This document shows positions 48,281-61,829 of a stretch of 64,000 nt of DNA, one piece after another. The notes under the pieces were generated by a model. It made no database searches, was not told the origin of the DNA, and was given only the letters and a program-made list of their open reading frames with translations. This DNA comes from Torpedo marmorata. Its lineage: Eukaryota. The DNA lies in contig OZ360222.1 in assembly GCA_977017645.1 (NCBI GenBank), forward strand, positions 206,956,001 through 207,020,000. The letters are read 5' to 3'. The position numbers and the translations under genes were made by a program. How positions within the stretch are numbered: the first letter of the stretch is position 1; every line of letters starts with the position of its first letter.

Positions 48281-51200
48281 ATGGAGACGGTGTGGAGGCC
48301 CAAGTACTTAGACATCGACCCCAGCTCACCAACAGCTGCCAAGGAGTGGTGACACTGGCGTATGACTTTCATGAACTACGTCGACGACTATAGGGACAAG
48401 ATACCGAACAAGTACAGAACACTGTGTGAGCTGCAATGTTTTCGAATACATAGAAGGATGTGAAAATTTTGACTCAGCTATCTCTAAGTTGGACAGTTTA
48501 TATATGAAAACTCCCAATGAGGTTTTTGCCAGACATTTACTGGCTACCAGGCAGCAGAAGCCAGGAGAATCATTAGCTGATTTCTTCAGGGAGTTGGAAA
48601 AGTTAAAGAGAAACTGTAATTTTCGAGATCATAGTACAGAGCAGTGTGGTAACGAGGCAATGTGTTACACGTTCATCGCTGGCATTGCCTCACCTGCAAT
48701 ACGCCAGCGTCTCTTAGAAAACAAAACACTGGATTTACAGACTGCTTATAACCAAGCTACTGTGTTAGACGTAGCTCAATGCACTAATGATGCATACGCT
48801 ACCCCGGCAGCCCATACAGCTGTAGTAGTGAACCCTGAACCACCACAGGTACCACAGGTGTGTGAGAAGGATTCTTTAGCAGGGCTGCCTGATAACCTTC
48901 CAGTTGCTCTTGAGAAACCAGCTGTGGCTGTCACTTATAATACAAAACGGAAATGTTTCTTCTGTGGTTTCTCTTACCATTCACGGGATAACTGTCCAGC
49001 CCACGAGGCTACTTGTAATAAATGTGCCAAGAAGGGACATTATGCCCAGGTGTGCAAATCCAAGGCCTCACCAAGCTCAGTGGCAACAGTGGTCAATTCT
49101 CATGTACTGGCTACACTTATTAATGTGCCACAAGGACTCGCTCAAGCTGCAATCTTTGTGACTGTGAATGGTAAAAGGTTAAGTGCTCTGTTGGATTCAT
49201 GCAGCACTGATAGTTACATTAGCGAGAAAGTCACGCGGGAACTAAAACGAAAGGTTCACCCATCCAGTAAAGACATTACTACGGCTCAGAAAACTTTAAA
49301 CACTAGTTCCCAAGGATATCTTGTTGTTGACCTAACTCTTAGTCTTAATAGCCAGTCATACGCTGCCACACGACTTGATGTATTGAAGGACCTATGTTCT
49401 GACTTAATACTTGGCCAGGATTTCCAGCGCCAGCATCTGAATGTGAAATTTGAATACGGAGGACCCTTGTCTGAGCTAACTGTGAATGGTGCTGACCATT
49501 ACTGTGCACTGACAGCAGCAAAAATAGAAGAGCCTTCCCTTTTTCCAAACTTATCACCAAGCTGTAAACCAATTGCTACCAAATCAAGACGCTTTAGCAA
49601 AGATGATCAGCACTTCATTGCAGAGGAAATTCGCCAATTACTTTCAGAAGGCATAATTGAGACGAGCATATCACCATGGCGAGCCCAAGTGGTAGTGGTG
49701 AAGGATCCTACCCACCAACACAAGAAGCGAATGTGTGTGGATTATTCACAGACAATCATTCAATACACAGAATTGGATGCTTACCCCTTGCCAAGGATTG
49801 ACAAAATGGTGAACGAACTTGCAAAATATAGTGTTCTCTACCTGCGACCTGAAAAGTGCCTACCACCAAGTGTCACTGAAGGAGTCAGATAAGAAGTATA
49901 CGGCTTTTGAAGCCAATGGACGTTTATACCAATTTTGTAGGATTCTATTTGGAGTCACAAATGGGGTAGCCGCCTTCCAGCGTGCTATGGACAAGTTAGT
50001 TAGAGAAGAAAAACTGCAAGGTGCCTTCCCTTACCTTGATAATATCACTATTGCTGGACATACACAAGAGGGACATGATCAAAATATAACGAAATTCCTA
50101 AAGACCATCAGTCAGAGACACCTAACACTTATTGATTCATAGACTGTGGAGTCTGTGAATTCCATTAATGTCCTTGGGTACTGTGTGGGGAATGGTATCA
50201 TTAAGCCAGATCCTGAGAGACTTCGCCCACTACAAGAGCTTCCTCCACCAGAAAATTTGCGATCCTTAAAAAGGGTACTCGGGATGTTTGCTTATTATGC
50301 CAAATGGATTCATGGGTTTTCCAACAAGATTCAACCGATGGTAAATACAGAGAAGTTTCCAATGGAGGAAACGGCCCTGAACGCCTTTAACTTACTAAAG
50401 AGAGAGTTTGAGGAAGCCACCCTGCACTCGGTGGATGAAAACTTACCCTTTGAGGTAGAGTGTGACGCATCTGATGTGGCTATTTCTGCTGTCCTTAACC
50501 AAGGAGGACGGCCTGTTGCATTCATGTCAAAGACGCTACAAGGAAGTGAATTGCACTACCACATTGTAGAGAAAGAAGTGACTGCCATCATTGAGGCAGT
50601 GCGCAAATGGAGCCACTTTAGCTTGGTTACTGATCAGAAGTCAGTGGCCTTTATGTTTGACAGTAAAAAGCGTACAAAGATAAAGAACGCAAAGATTCAA
50701 GAATGGCGGCTGGAACTTGCAGCATTTAGTTACACAATAAAGTACCGTCCTCGGAAAGAGAATGTGGTCCCTGACGCATTTAGTCGGGCGTACACTTGTT
50801 CAGCCTTTACTACCTCCACACTCGCTGACATTCACAACGGACTTTGTCGTCCAGGAATAACTCGGCTGCTGCATTTTGTTAGAGCAAAGAATTTCTACTT
50901 TTCTACAGAAGATGTCAAGAAGACTTGTACTTTATGCAGGGTCTGTGCTGAACTAAAGCCTCAATTCTACCACCCACCAGGAGGGACTCTTATCAAAACA
51001 ACAAAACCTATGAAACGGCTTAGTATTGATTTCAAGGGACCTTTGCCACAGCTTCGCATAACCCATATCTACTTACAGTAGTTGATGAATACTCGCATTT
51101 CCCCTTTGCCTTTCCATGTCCCAATATGCATACTACAACAGTGATCAGATGCCTGGATCTGCTATTTAGCCTATGCGGAATGCCAAATTACATACACTCT

Positions 51201-51866
51201 GATCGAGGCACCACCTTCGTGTCTAAGGATCTGAAAGATTATCTCTCCCAGAAGGGGGTTGCCACAAGTCATACTACCCCATACCACCCAATCGGGAATG
51301 GACAGGTAGAGAGTTTCAACGGCATCATATGGAAGGCAGTCCATTTGGCCCTTAGATCACGTAACTTGCCCGAGAAGCATTGGGAACTGGTGCTTCCTGA
51401 GGTACTACACTCCCAAAGATCGCTGTTGTGTGCAGCAAGAAATACTACACCCCATGAAAGTTTTTTTGCATTCCAACGCCGCTCATCCCATGGAAATTCA
51501 CTGCCCTCCTGGCTAATGACCCCTGGACCCATACTACTAAGAAGGTTTGTGAGGAGTAACAAGAACGAACCACTTGTAGATCAAGTTGAACTCCTTGACA
51601 GTAATCCAACATATGCAAACATCAGGTACCCAGATGGACGGGAGTCTACTGTGTCTGTTCGTGAATTGGCACCTTGTCCAGAAGCCCAGGCAATCCCCAC
51701 ATCTCCTATTGTGGAACAAGATAAACGAAATCTGGTAGTACCAATACGAGAGGAGGAGGAAGATATGACATACCATAGTGTGGAGGATGATGAAACAGTC
51801 GCTCCACAAGAACTAAGGAGATCCGGTCATGTATCAAAACCTCCCAATCGATATGGATGGGAGTAG
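48281..51866 (+). pseudogene. gag-pol polyprotein pseudogene (Gag with two Zn knuckles, protease, RT, RNase H, integrase), disrupted by stops and frameshifts
   Basis: METVWRPKYLDIDPSSPTAAKEW*; CFFCGFSYHSRDNC and CNKCAKKGHYAQVC; ALLDSCS; LDAYPLPRI, YLDN; ECDASD, EKE; IHSDRGTTF, GNGQVESFNG; no chromodomain or env. Confidence 0.93.
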
Positions 51867-51910
51867 TCCCGTAAATTGTTGCTTGATACTGCTAGTGTTT
51901 TATTTTTTTT

Positions 51911-51922
51911 AGGAGGGAAGAA
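51911..51922 (+). promoter_or_regulatory. Polypurine tract
   Basis: aggagggaagaa abutting the 3' LTR, preceded by a T-run. Confidence 0.9.
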
Positions 51923-52152
51923 TGTAATATTACAAAGTTATTCTTTAATTGCTAATGAGCTTGCATTCTCCTCAGGTCACCTGACCTCTCTTCCTCCAAT
52001 CAGCTTCTAGCTGCTGCCCCACCCCTTTCTTTTAAATTTGGAATGTGTTGTATGAGCTAAGTAGTTTTTATTTCTCATTTTCAACTGTAAATATACAATT
52101 AAGTTGAGTAAAGCTTGGAAAACAGTCACCAAGTCTTTTCATTCTCACAACA
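51923..52152 (+). repeat. 3' LTR (230 bp)
   Basis: tgtaatattac...ctcacaaca followed by the TSD cctat. Confidence 0.95.
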
Positions 52153-52339
52153 CCTATTTAAAACAAAAAAAATCATTTAGACAAGCCTTGTTTTCCAAAG
52201 CACTAGCTTGCACTTTCAATGTAGATTTTTCATTTCTAATTAATTAAATAAACAAATGGGTGTAATGATAAAAAAAACACAGACTATTTACCATGAACAT
52301 AATTATAATTTCCTGGATACGCTCACTAGATGGCAGTTA

Positions 52340-55300
52340 TGGGAGGCGGCGCGACGTAGCACGCAGCGGCCTCTCCAAGACCGTTTGTTTATTTTTATTT
52401 TTTAGTTATATAGCGTTAAATAGTGTGTCTAATTTTTTATAAAACACATGTAATATGGTTACCCAACGCAACTACAACCTCCAGTATTTAATGATATTCA
52501 GAAACTCCTCTACTTACCTCCGGGAAGGTCTGCGGGTCAAGCTACGCGACCACGGGCTGTTGCGGGGACTAGGCCTTACGGCCTCGGGATTGCGGAGAAG
52601 ACGGAAGCGGTGCGTGAGGTGGAGGAAGCGCGGTAAGCGAGCAGGGGTTCGCGCTAGGCTGAGAGCGAACCCCTGCCGCCCGGCTCTCCAGTCCATCCTG
52701 CTCGCCAATGTCTGTTCCCTGGAGAACAAAATGGACCACATCCGACTCCAGAGGTCTGCGTAGCGTGAGTACAGGGACTGCTGTGTTTTGGTCTTCACTG
52801 AAACGTGGCTCAGCGACAGAGTCCCGGACGCCGCCATTTAGCTGGATGGGCTCACTTTATTTCTGGCTGACAGAGATGCTGCTCTGAGTGGTAAAGTCCG
52901 AGGCGGTGGCTTGTGTGTTTACATCAACACAGAATGGTGTAAGGACTCTGTATTATTCTCCAGTCACTGCTCAGCACTGGTGGAATTTGTGACTGTCAGA
53001 TGTAGACCATTTTATCTACCGTGGGAATTCACCACGGTCCTCATAGTTGGAGAGTTCATCCCCCCCAGCACTTACGCTAAGGAGGCGATCTTGGAACTGT
53101 ATGGGGCTATAAGCGAACTGCAGACCACACACCCTGTTGGACTGTTTATTATCGCTTGGGATTTCAACCAGGCGAACCTCAAGTCAAGGCTATCTATATT
53201 TCATCAGTATGTGGACTTTGCTACGAGAGGGACGAACGCGTTGGACCTTGTGTTTACGAACATTTCCGACGCGTATCGGGCAGAGCCCCGCCCCCCACCT
53301 CGGATACTCAGACCATATCTCTGTAATACTAACCCCAGCATACAGACTGCTCATCAGACGCTCCAGACCAGTTCTGAAGCAGGTTTAAACCTGGCCAGCG
53401 GGAGCCATCCATGCACTTCAGGACTGCTTCGAGCGCACTGACTGGCACATGTTCAAGGAAGCAGCAACCGATGGAGACTGCATCAATCTGGAGGAGTATA
53501 CGGCATCAGTGACTAGCTACATTAGTAAGTGTACTGACGAAGTCACTGTGCCCAAGACCATCATTACTCGCTCTAATCAGAAGCCATGGATGACTGTGGA
53601 GATGTGTGTGCTGCTGAGGAGCCGAGACTCTGCCTTCCGAGTGGGCGACAAGGTAGCCCTAGCTATTGTGAGAGCCAAGCTGTCTTAAACCATCAGGGAG
53701 GCAAAGCGTGTGCATGCCCAGTGAATTCATAGTCACTTTCAGGACAGCAAGGACACGCAACGCATGTGGAAGGGCATTCAAGATATCACCAACCACAAGA
53801 CCACACCATCTGCCTGTGCTGGTGATGCCTCCCTCCCAGATGCACTGAACAACTTCTACGTGCGTTTTGAGGCGAAAAATGATGTGGTGGCGAAGAAGAC
53901 CACCTCTCTAAATGATCAGGTGCCATGTCTTACAGTGGCCAATGAGAGTGTTAGGCAAGGTCGACCCACAGAAAGCTGCTGGTCCGGATAACATTCCCGG
54001 CAGAATGCTCAGGGGATGTGTAGCTCAGCTGGCAGATGTTCTCACCGACATCTTTAACATCTCCCTGAGCAGCGCCGTGGTTCCAACGTGCTTCAAAGCC
54101 GCCACCATTGTTCCCGTGCCGAAGAAGTCATCAGTGTCCTGCCTCAATGACTACCGCCCTGTCGCACTCACGTCTATCGTCATGAAGTGCTTCGAGAGTC
54201 TCGTCATGGGGCACATCAAGCTCTTGCTGCCCCCCTCACTGGACCCCCTGCAGTTCGCATATAGATCCAACTGCTCTACGGACGATGCCATCGCCACTAC
54301 CCTCCATCTAGCCCTCACCCACCTGGAAAATAAGGACACGTATGTTCAAATGTTGTTTATTGACTTCAGTTCGGCATTCAACACAATCATACCTCAGTAC
54401 TTGATAGGGAAGTTGAGCCTGCTTGGCCTAAACACCTCCCTCTGCATTTGGATTCTTGACTTCCTGACGGGGAAACCTCAGGCAGTCCGGATCGGAAACA
54501 GCACTTTCAAGACCATTACACTGAGCACAGGCCCCCCCCCCCAGGGCTGTGTGCTTAGTCCATTGCTGTTCACTCTGCTGACTCATGACTGTGCAGCAAA
54601 ACACAGCTCGCACCACATCATCAAGTTCGCTGACGATACGACTCGTCTTATCAGCAAGAACGATGAGTCAGCGTACAGAGATGAGGTGCAGTCGCTAATG
54701 GACTGGTGCAGAGCCAACAACCTGCATCTGAATGTTAATGAAACAAAAGAGATGGTTGTCGACTTCAGGAAGGCCCGGGGGGATCACTCTGTTTCTTGGT
54801 GTGCACTTGGCAGAGAATCTCACCTGGTCCCTCAACACCAGCTCCATAGCCAAGAAAGCCCAGCAGCGCCTCTACTTCCTGCGAAGGCTTAGGAAAGTTC
54901 ATCTCCCACCCTCCATCCTCACTACATTCTACAAAGGATGTATTGAGAGCATTCTGAGCTATTGCATCACTGCCTGGTTTGGAAACTGTACTATCTCAGA
55001 CCGTAAGACCCTGCAGAGGATAGTGGAGTCAGCGGAGAAGATCATTGGGGTCTCTCTTCCTACCATGACGGACATCTACAACACACGATGCATGCGGAAG
55101 GCAAATAATATTGTGAAGGACTTCTCACACCCCTCTTGTAAACTTTTCTCCCTTCTGTCGTCTGGAAGGAGGTACCGTAGCATTCGGGCCCTCACGTCCA
55201 GATTGTGCAAAAGTTTTTTCCCCCAAGTCATGATGCTCCTCAATTCCTAGAACATATGTGTACTAGTATATCATGGATTTTTATTGTATTATGACTTAAT

Positions 55301-55420
55301 ATTTAACTCCTATTTATGTAAATTTGCTCCATGGTCCTAGAGAAACTCTATCTCGTCTTTACTGTGCACTGCATTAGTAGTTATGGTATGAATGACAAAT
55401 AAAGGTTACTTGACTTGACT
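52340..55420 (+). mobile_element. Near full-length Rex1/Babar LINE (APE endonuclease plus RT), pseudogenised
   Basis: ILLANVCSLENKMD, VFTETWL, RGGGLCVYIN, WDFNQ, GYSDH (APE); [38 protein letters not shown] (RT); 3' tail aataaaggttacttgacttgact. Confidence 0.95.
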
Positions 55421-55784
55421 AGCAAATTAGCAGTGATTCTATTCTGGGGTCGAATTATACAGTACTGCTATCCCTTAATTAAAGTTGAAATGTAATTCTC
55501 AAAATTGTAAATAGATTTTGCAGATACTTCAAATTATGAAAATTTATTGTGAAATATTGTGTGTATGAACTCTGTTCTTTCACTTAGTAGAATGTTATTC
55601 AGTTATCTGGAACATCAAACTAAGTGTAGGAGTGCTAAATTCCTGGTGAATACATCATTACAGGCAAAGGTTGCACATCGAAATATTTTAAAGGCTTGTT
55701 AAAATGTTAAATAAATGCCAAAGATGGACTTAAATCATACATTGAAAAGAACTGTTTTGGTATCAATTTTTTCTTCATGTGTTA

Positions 55785-56030
55785 GGGTGGCATGGTTATC
55801 ACAGCAGTTAGCACTATGCTATTAAAGTGCCAGGTACCTGGGTTCGAATCCGCTGCTGTCTGTAAGGAGTTTCTATGTTCTCTCCGTGTCTGCGTGAATT
55901 TCCTCCAAGTACTCCGGTTTTCTTCCAAAGACGTACGGGGTTAGTTGGTTAATTGGTCACGTGGATGAATTAGGTGGCGCGAGCTCATGGTCTGGAAGGG
56001 CCTGTTCTTGTGCTTTATCTCTAAATTAAA
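55785..56030 (+). mobile_element. tRNA-derived SINE (HE1-like)
   Basis: gggtggcatggttatcacagcagttagc...gggttcgaatcc...ctgtaaggagtttctatgttctctcc. Confidence 0.85.
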
Positions 56031-56509
56031 TTCTGAGAGAAGAAATTTTTTTTTGGATGCACTGTCATGTAATTTCAAAGAATTACTTCATGAAGGGAAA
56101 CCTGTGGGGAATTCTCAACTAAAAGTTGCAATCTTATCCCCAAACCTCCATTTGCTTTTAATATTGTTCCAAAATGCACTTAAGCTGCTGTTTCAAACAA
56201 TGCCACCATTCACAGCATTAACATCCCCACAGAGAAACATGGCTTTTAAATTTCTTATGTTGGTTCTCTCATTGAATTATGGGGTCATTTTTTAAATATC
56301 AGTAACCAGTTGCAAAAATAATATATTGTGCATAAAAGCTGTGAGATTTTTGTTTTACTTATGTTGCTGATTGAGAGAATATTCTGAGGAGTGTATTGGG
56401 CCGTGTAAGGGGTTGTAGAAAATATTAAAAGACCTTTGTGCCTTCAGAACCTCTAAACTTTCAACAAACCTATTGTTCATGCTATGAGAGGGACTGCATT
56501 AATGGTGAA

Positions 56510-57010
56510 ACCTGGAACAAAAATGGAACACTGGAAAAACTCAGAGGTTCAAGTAGCATCTCGGGCAGAAGAAGATCTAAGTCGATGTTTTGGGTTGAAA
56601 CAGTGCATCAGAGAGGGAACAGGAAAGTTTGCCAAGTGGAACAAATAGGAAAGGTATGATAGGCAGATGAATCCAGGGGAGGGAGGGGCTGGTAGGTGAT
56701 GGGTGGAGTTACATGGGGAGGGGAAGAGATGGAACTGGGTGCAGGAGGGATGTACAAAAGGAGAAGGAAACTAGCTGGACAGGTGAGTGTGTATGGCAGG
56801 CAAGCACCAGGGTGTGGGTTACCTTTAATTGGAAAATTCAGTATTCAAACTATTGGGTCATAAGCTACTCAAGCAGAATATGAGATTTTTTTCATCTTAT
56901 TTGCATTTGGCCACTCTGGCACAATGATAGACAGGTCAGTGTGGGGGTGGGAGGAGGTGTTAAAATGGCATACAATGGGCAGCTCAGGTGCTCTGCAAAA
57001 AGTCATCTCA
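56510..57010 (-). mobile_element. Degenerate Penelope-like 3' fragment
   Basis: ctggaaaaactcagaggttcaagtagcatc...gtcgatgttt, a purine tract, then a decayed reverse copy of the GIY-YIG C-terminal region. Confidence 0.6.
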
Positions 57011-57370
57011 TCTACACTTCCATCTAGTTTTCTGAACTTTACTCAGAAACATCGCACTCTGTTTTATTTTTGTACTGACCTTTTGTACTTGGGTATGGGT
57101 TAACTTGCCTGGATAGCGTGCAAAACTGTCGCTTGGTACACACAATAAACAATTTAAAACAAGCAATTTGTGGAGAGTTGATGGTAATGGAGAAAGAATA
57201 GATTGTAGGGAAAATTGGGAGGGGGGAGTAGTGTGAAATGGAATTGCTTTGTGAGCCAGTATCGGTTCATGAAGCAAAAAAGGTTTGTGGAGGTCCCAAT
57301 TGATTGCAAGGCAAGATGGTGTATGAATAGTTTGAATAGTTCTGATGAGGAGGGCCATAGTAACTGAAGG

Positions 57371-57667
57371 ATTGTTTTCCAGAAGATGGTAACCAGGCCT
57401 TGGACTGAAGCTGAAAGAGCAAAAATTATGTTAAAGGAGAATGCATTATTCAGATTTGGGGGGGGGGGGATTGTGCAGGATTTCCAAAGACTTTGATGTT
57501 TTTGAGTGGGAATGTGGTGTAATATGGAATGCAGAGGGCACGGAGTGTACAAAATGAGGGATTCTCTGCTTTGATATTTAGAACTCTAGAATAATCGGAG
57601 ATTATGCAGTTCAGAGGAGGAGGCGAGAAGGCATCTCCAATGTCATTACCTTGTGGATTAAGTTTTC
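57371..57667 (+). repeat. About 300-bp direct repeat, copy 1 (copy 2 at 58432-58732)
   Basis: attgttttccagaag...gtggattaagttttc occurs on both sides of an L1 fragment with few differences. Confidence 0.92.
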
Positions 57668-58431
57668 TTTTTAAAAAAAATATATTTTATTTTCATTTTT
57701 AACAAACAATAAAACAAAATACTTCAAAAACAGATATCACATTATATAGTAATACAATAAAAGTAACATACCGGTATATAATAAAAAAAAACCCAATTAT
57801 CCCAAACCTCCCCCCCCCCAAAGAAAACAAAATACGAAACAAAACAAATGGTCGACAATGTTTATATAATTACTAATTTCAAATATATAAAAGAAAGAAA
57901 AACTCCAAAGCTTCCCGGCAACAGGGCTTATCGCGTGAAGGAACCCAAAACAAATTAATAGCAAATCTTCTTTGATTTAATTTATCCTGACCCCAAATAA
58001 TCTAAATAAGGTTGCCAAATTTTATAAAAAATAACCTGTTTGTTTTTAATGTTCTACGTAATTTTCTCCAATGGAATACACTACGGTATTTATTTCTGAG
58101 GTCCATCTATCAATAGACAATGGGGAATCTGACTTCCAAGTAGTCATTAAACACTTTCTTGCCACACAAAAAGCTATTCCCAAAAATATAATTTGATATC
58201 TGGTTAAGGTGTCCTTAATAGTAGTAAAATTTCCCAAAAGGCATATCTCTGGATCTAAAATTAGAGTAACTCCAATAACTTTAGATAAGATGTCACAGAG
58301 ATTATGCCAAAATTGTCTCAACTTACAGCACATCCATGTTGAATGTAAAAAAGAACCAACCTCCGTTCCACATCTAAAACACATCTCTGATAATTCTGGT
58401 TTAAATTTATGTGATTTCTGTGGAGTCAAAT
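57668..58431 (-). mobile_element. L1-clade LINE 3' fragment
   Basis: Minus ORF 58046-58486 YLTPQKSHKFKPELSEMCFRCGTEVGSFLHSTWMC...LDPEICLLG; AATAAA/A-rich tail at the 57668 side. Confidence 0.88.
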
Positions 58432-58732
58432 ATTGTTTTCCAGAAGGTGGTAACCAGGCCTTGGTCTGAAGCTGAAAGAGCAACAATTACGTTAAAGGAG
58501 AATGCATTATTCAGATTTGGGGGGGGGGGGGGAACTGTGCAGGATTTCCAAAGACTTTGATGTTTTTGCAGTGGGAATGTGGTGTAATATGGAATGCAGA
58601 GGGCACGGAGTGTACAAAATGAGGGATTCTCTGCTTTGATATTTAGAACTCTAGAATAATCGGAGATTATGCAGTTCAGAGGAGGAGGCGAGAAAGCATC
58701 TCCAATGTGATTACCTCGTGGATTAAGTTTTC
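58432..58732 (+). repeat. About 300-bp direct repeat, copy 2
   Basis: Matches 57371-57667. Confidence 0.92.
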
Positions 58733-60040
58733 AGCATCAGACTGGAAGAGGCAGTGTGCTAGCAATGGAGGAATGTGGTTTTTGCAATGACTGGATGTGA
58801 GGGAAGAAGGACATGTTGGGGTGAGGCAAAACTCTGAAGCTTCTGAAGTCTAGTTCAGTCCAGCAATGTCGAAAATCTTTGGAGCTGGAGCCAGAAATGT
58901 CGGTGCTGGCAGGAACCAAAAGAAATAGTTTCTGATTTTGTCAACATTGTACATAAAAAAAAATGGCTCTTTTATTTTCCACTGTACTGAATTCTAGTGA
59001 ACCAAGTTACTTCCATTGTATGTGAATACAGTGGACTGAGGCATTGGCTTAACATTCCTGATGCAGACGCATCATATGCTCCAAAATTAGTTTTAATGCT
59101 GAGCACACTAAATGTAGTCAGCTGCTGCCAAATGTCATGAAGCATTTTTTTCAAAGCTTTATAGTTATTATGTAATAAAACAAATGTTTCTGAGAATTGT
59201 GGTGTTTTTTTTAAAGATGGAATTGCTGAATGTGCAGTTTATTAGTCTATATATGAGGAGTTTTAAATGGTTTATTTTTATCTGCAGCTAACAGAGCACT
59301 GATCCTGTCAGTCGTTGCAAATGAGATCCATTTATTTGGGCAGCGTGGGCTTGTGGGCAGGAAGTGCCAGTTACCGTGCTGTATCTCTAAATTTAAAAAT
59401 ATACCCCCATTGCCCTGACTCTAAACCCCATCCCTCCATCTTTCCGACTCACCTGATTTTTTTCTTCCCCATCCCCCGCAGCAAGGACCCCAATGGATAT
59501 GCTGCCTAGCGCTCTCCACCCCAATCCCAGCCATTCACATGAAAGGTACGCTGAGCCCCCTCTTCATGGAGCTTCTGACCTGCTGTCCTCTCTTCCTCCT
59601 GGGTTACCAAGCCCAGCTATAGTGCCAGCTGGCACTATATGTTTGTGTGCCAAAACATACAATGTCTATTTCCACTATTCATAACAGGTGAGACTTGAGC
59701 CCCAATTTTATGCTGTCACTGCAGTACAGAAAAGAAGAGGTGATGGACAGTTCAATGGGATGTTAAACTTAGATGCTATTTGCTCTGTCATATTGACATA
59801 AATGATCTTACAACAACACAGTTCAGCTTGCACAAGACTTATTCCTGAAGTCTATGCCAGGACTTTTGGTTGTATGTGAAATTACACAGAATCACCATTT
59901 CAGGTTGATGACCTTGCATCCGTCATTTGTTTCTCTCTCCACGGATGCTGACTAACCTACAGAATATTCCCATCATTTTCTGTTTTTATGTCAGATTTCA
60001 GACATCTTTGATTTATTGCATCAATTTTATTGCTTGATAA

Positions 60041-60653
60041 CACTGGACAACAATTTTTTTTCCAAAGGTTTGCTTCCTAAAAAATTGGGGATTATGATAG
60101 ACAACTTCAAGCTGAACACAAAGATAATTCCAGATTTGCTGTATCATGTAGGAAGTTGGAGAAACATTAAATTAACTTTTATTGAATTAGGCATATTTAA
60201 TTGCATAATGATGCTGACACATTGCTTTAGTTCAACTGACCTAAAAATATTTTGCCACTGATTTTCATTTGTACTCAGCATCTGATGCCTCTCATGTCAG
60301 TGTCCAACAATAGTCGGCCAGCATTGATGGATTCCAGTTGCCCTGACACCGCTTTTCCATGGTCGCAATGTCCTAATGAAACCTTTCACTATGTTCGTCA
60401 CTGACTGCACCAAGATCAGCAGGGAAGAAGTCCAAGTGCGAATGTAGAAAATGAATTTTCAATGACATGTTGCACTTTATGGTTTTGTATGCTTGAAGTA
60501 GACTTAAGATATGACAGGAAATCAGAAAAATAGGTTATATCTAAAAAACGGTACTTGATAGAAAAAATTTAAGGCATTTTTCTTGATCAGCAGCCCAAAA
60601 TCCATAAAATACAACCAAAAGTGTTCAGAAAGCAAAATCTATGGTGTCCAGTG
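60041..60653 (-). mobile_element. Chapaev3 (CMC superfamily) DNA transposon, internal-deletion derivative
   Basis: TIR cactggaca / tgtccagtg, TAA on both flanks, transposase remnant inside. Confidence 0.88.
60245..60502 (-). pseudogene. Chapaev3 transposase C-terminal remnant
   Basis: Hand translation LLQAYKTIKCNMSLKIHFLHSHLDFFPADLGAVSDEHSERFH*DIATMEKRCQGNWNPSMLADYCWTL matches the Chapaev3 MSLKIHFLHSHLDFFP..LGAVSDEHGERFHQDI motif; absent from the ORF track because of stops. Confidence 0.88.
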
Positions 60654-61829
60654 TAAGTTGTATTTTCTGGCCTTTACCCATTTTCCCAAGTACATCCAAA
60701 GCTGGTTGTGACAGGTATCAGTGAGAGATATAAAGTTGTAAAGTTCTAACTTATTGATGGCATTCAACTGAAATGCGATATGTTGGCATTGTAATGCTTC
60801 ATTACATAATAACTACTGGAGACCTGCCACTTTACATTTCATATTTATCACTTGAAATTTATTAACTGGCATGCTATTGTAAATATTAAATGAAGTGCCA
60901 TATTCAAAATATTAAAATGCATGAAAGTCAAAGTCTTTCTGGTCTGTGTCAGTGGGAAAAAATACTCTGTTCCTTCTCTGAAATCTCTGGGGTATTAAAA
61001 GTACTTAAATAGATTCTAAACACGGAAAGGTGGTTTTTAAAAAGCTGAGGGTTTCAAAATATTATTAGCACCAAGTGCAAAATTTGGAACATATTGCTAT
61101 CTCAGCAGAAGGAGGTTGGAGCGAAGGCAACAGGAAAGATTAGGGCTGAACATTAACAAGGAGCAATAGTATGGATAAAGCTAAGTGCATTAAAATGCAG
61201 ACCACTGTAAAGGAAAAAGGATCACACAAAACTTGTGTTGAAATTATGCAGAGATATTTTAAGCAGATTTTCAATTCTGGTAAAATAAAGAGGTTGCAGA
61301 TGAGTACATTAGTATTCAGTCACATATCTCACAATACAATGCTGTTCAGCCACAGGGTCTGGAACATTGACCAACAGAGATATATTGATTTGTCAAGTAT
61401 TTACAAAGCATGATATTTTCTGTAAACTGGTGATTTTGAAAGTCCCATGTGGTGAGAACTTTACTAATCTTTCAGGTACAGCTTTTATACACTTTATTAT
61501 TTTGCCATCTGTGGTGGTCTTGAACACCATCAAATCAGTCCAACAGTGGAAAGAATAATAATTACTTTAAATAAATTCTAAATTGTGTTGCTATGTTTTA
61601 TATCAGGACTTTGCCAGTGAATTGATAAAAGTAATCTAATTGCAAGAAGTGCTCATCTGATGATTCACATTGGCATCAGACCCCCTCAATTAGATTTACA
61701 GAGCTGTAATTCACTGATTTGCATTCCTGCCCCAATTGCAATCATTTTTAAATGTTTCTTTTATTTGCCTAACTCCTTTTGAATTTGACTGTTGATGTGA
61801 GCATCAGAAAGGTGGAGGCCACCTTCAGT

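Larger units (their letters stand above)
48006..52152 (+). mobile_element. Full-length decayed Ty3/Gypsy LTR retrotransposon
   Basis: TG...CA LTRs at 48006-48256 and 51923-52152, 5-bp TSD cctat, PPT aggagggaagaa, domain order gag-PR-RT-RH-IN. Confidence 0.97.

Noticed and set aside
51600-51922. env gene or chromodomain in the Gypsy element
   Set aside because: The integrase ORF ends at 51866 with a typical LRRS..KPP.RY tail and only about 55 bp remain before the 3' LTR
57371-58732. LTR element or TRIM with 300-bp LTRs
   Set aside because: The repeats lack TG...CA ends, a PBS and a PPT; the interior is an L1 3' end whose tail abuts the repeat
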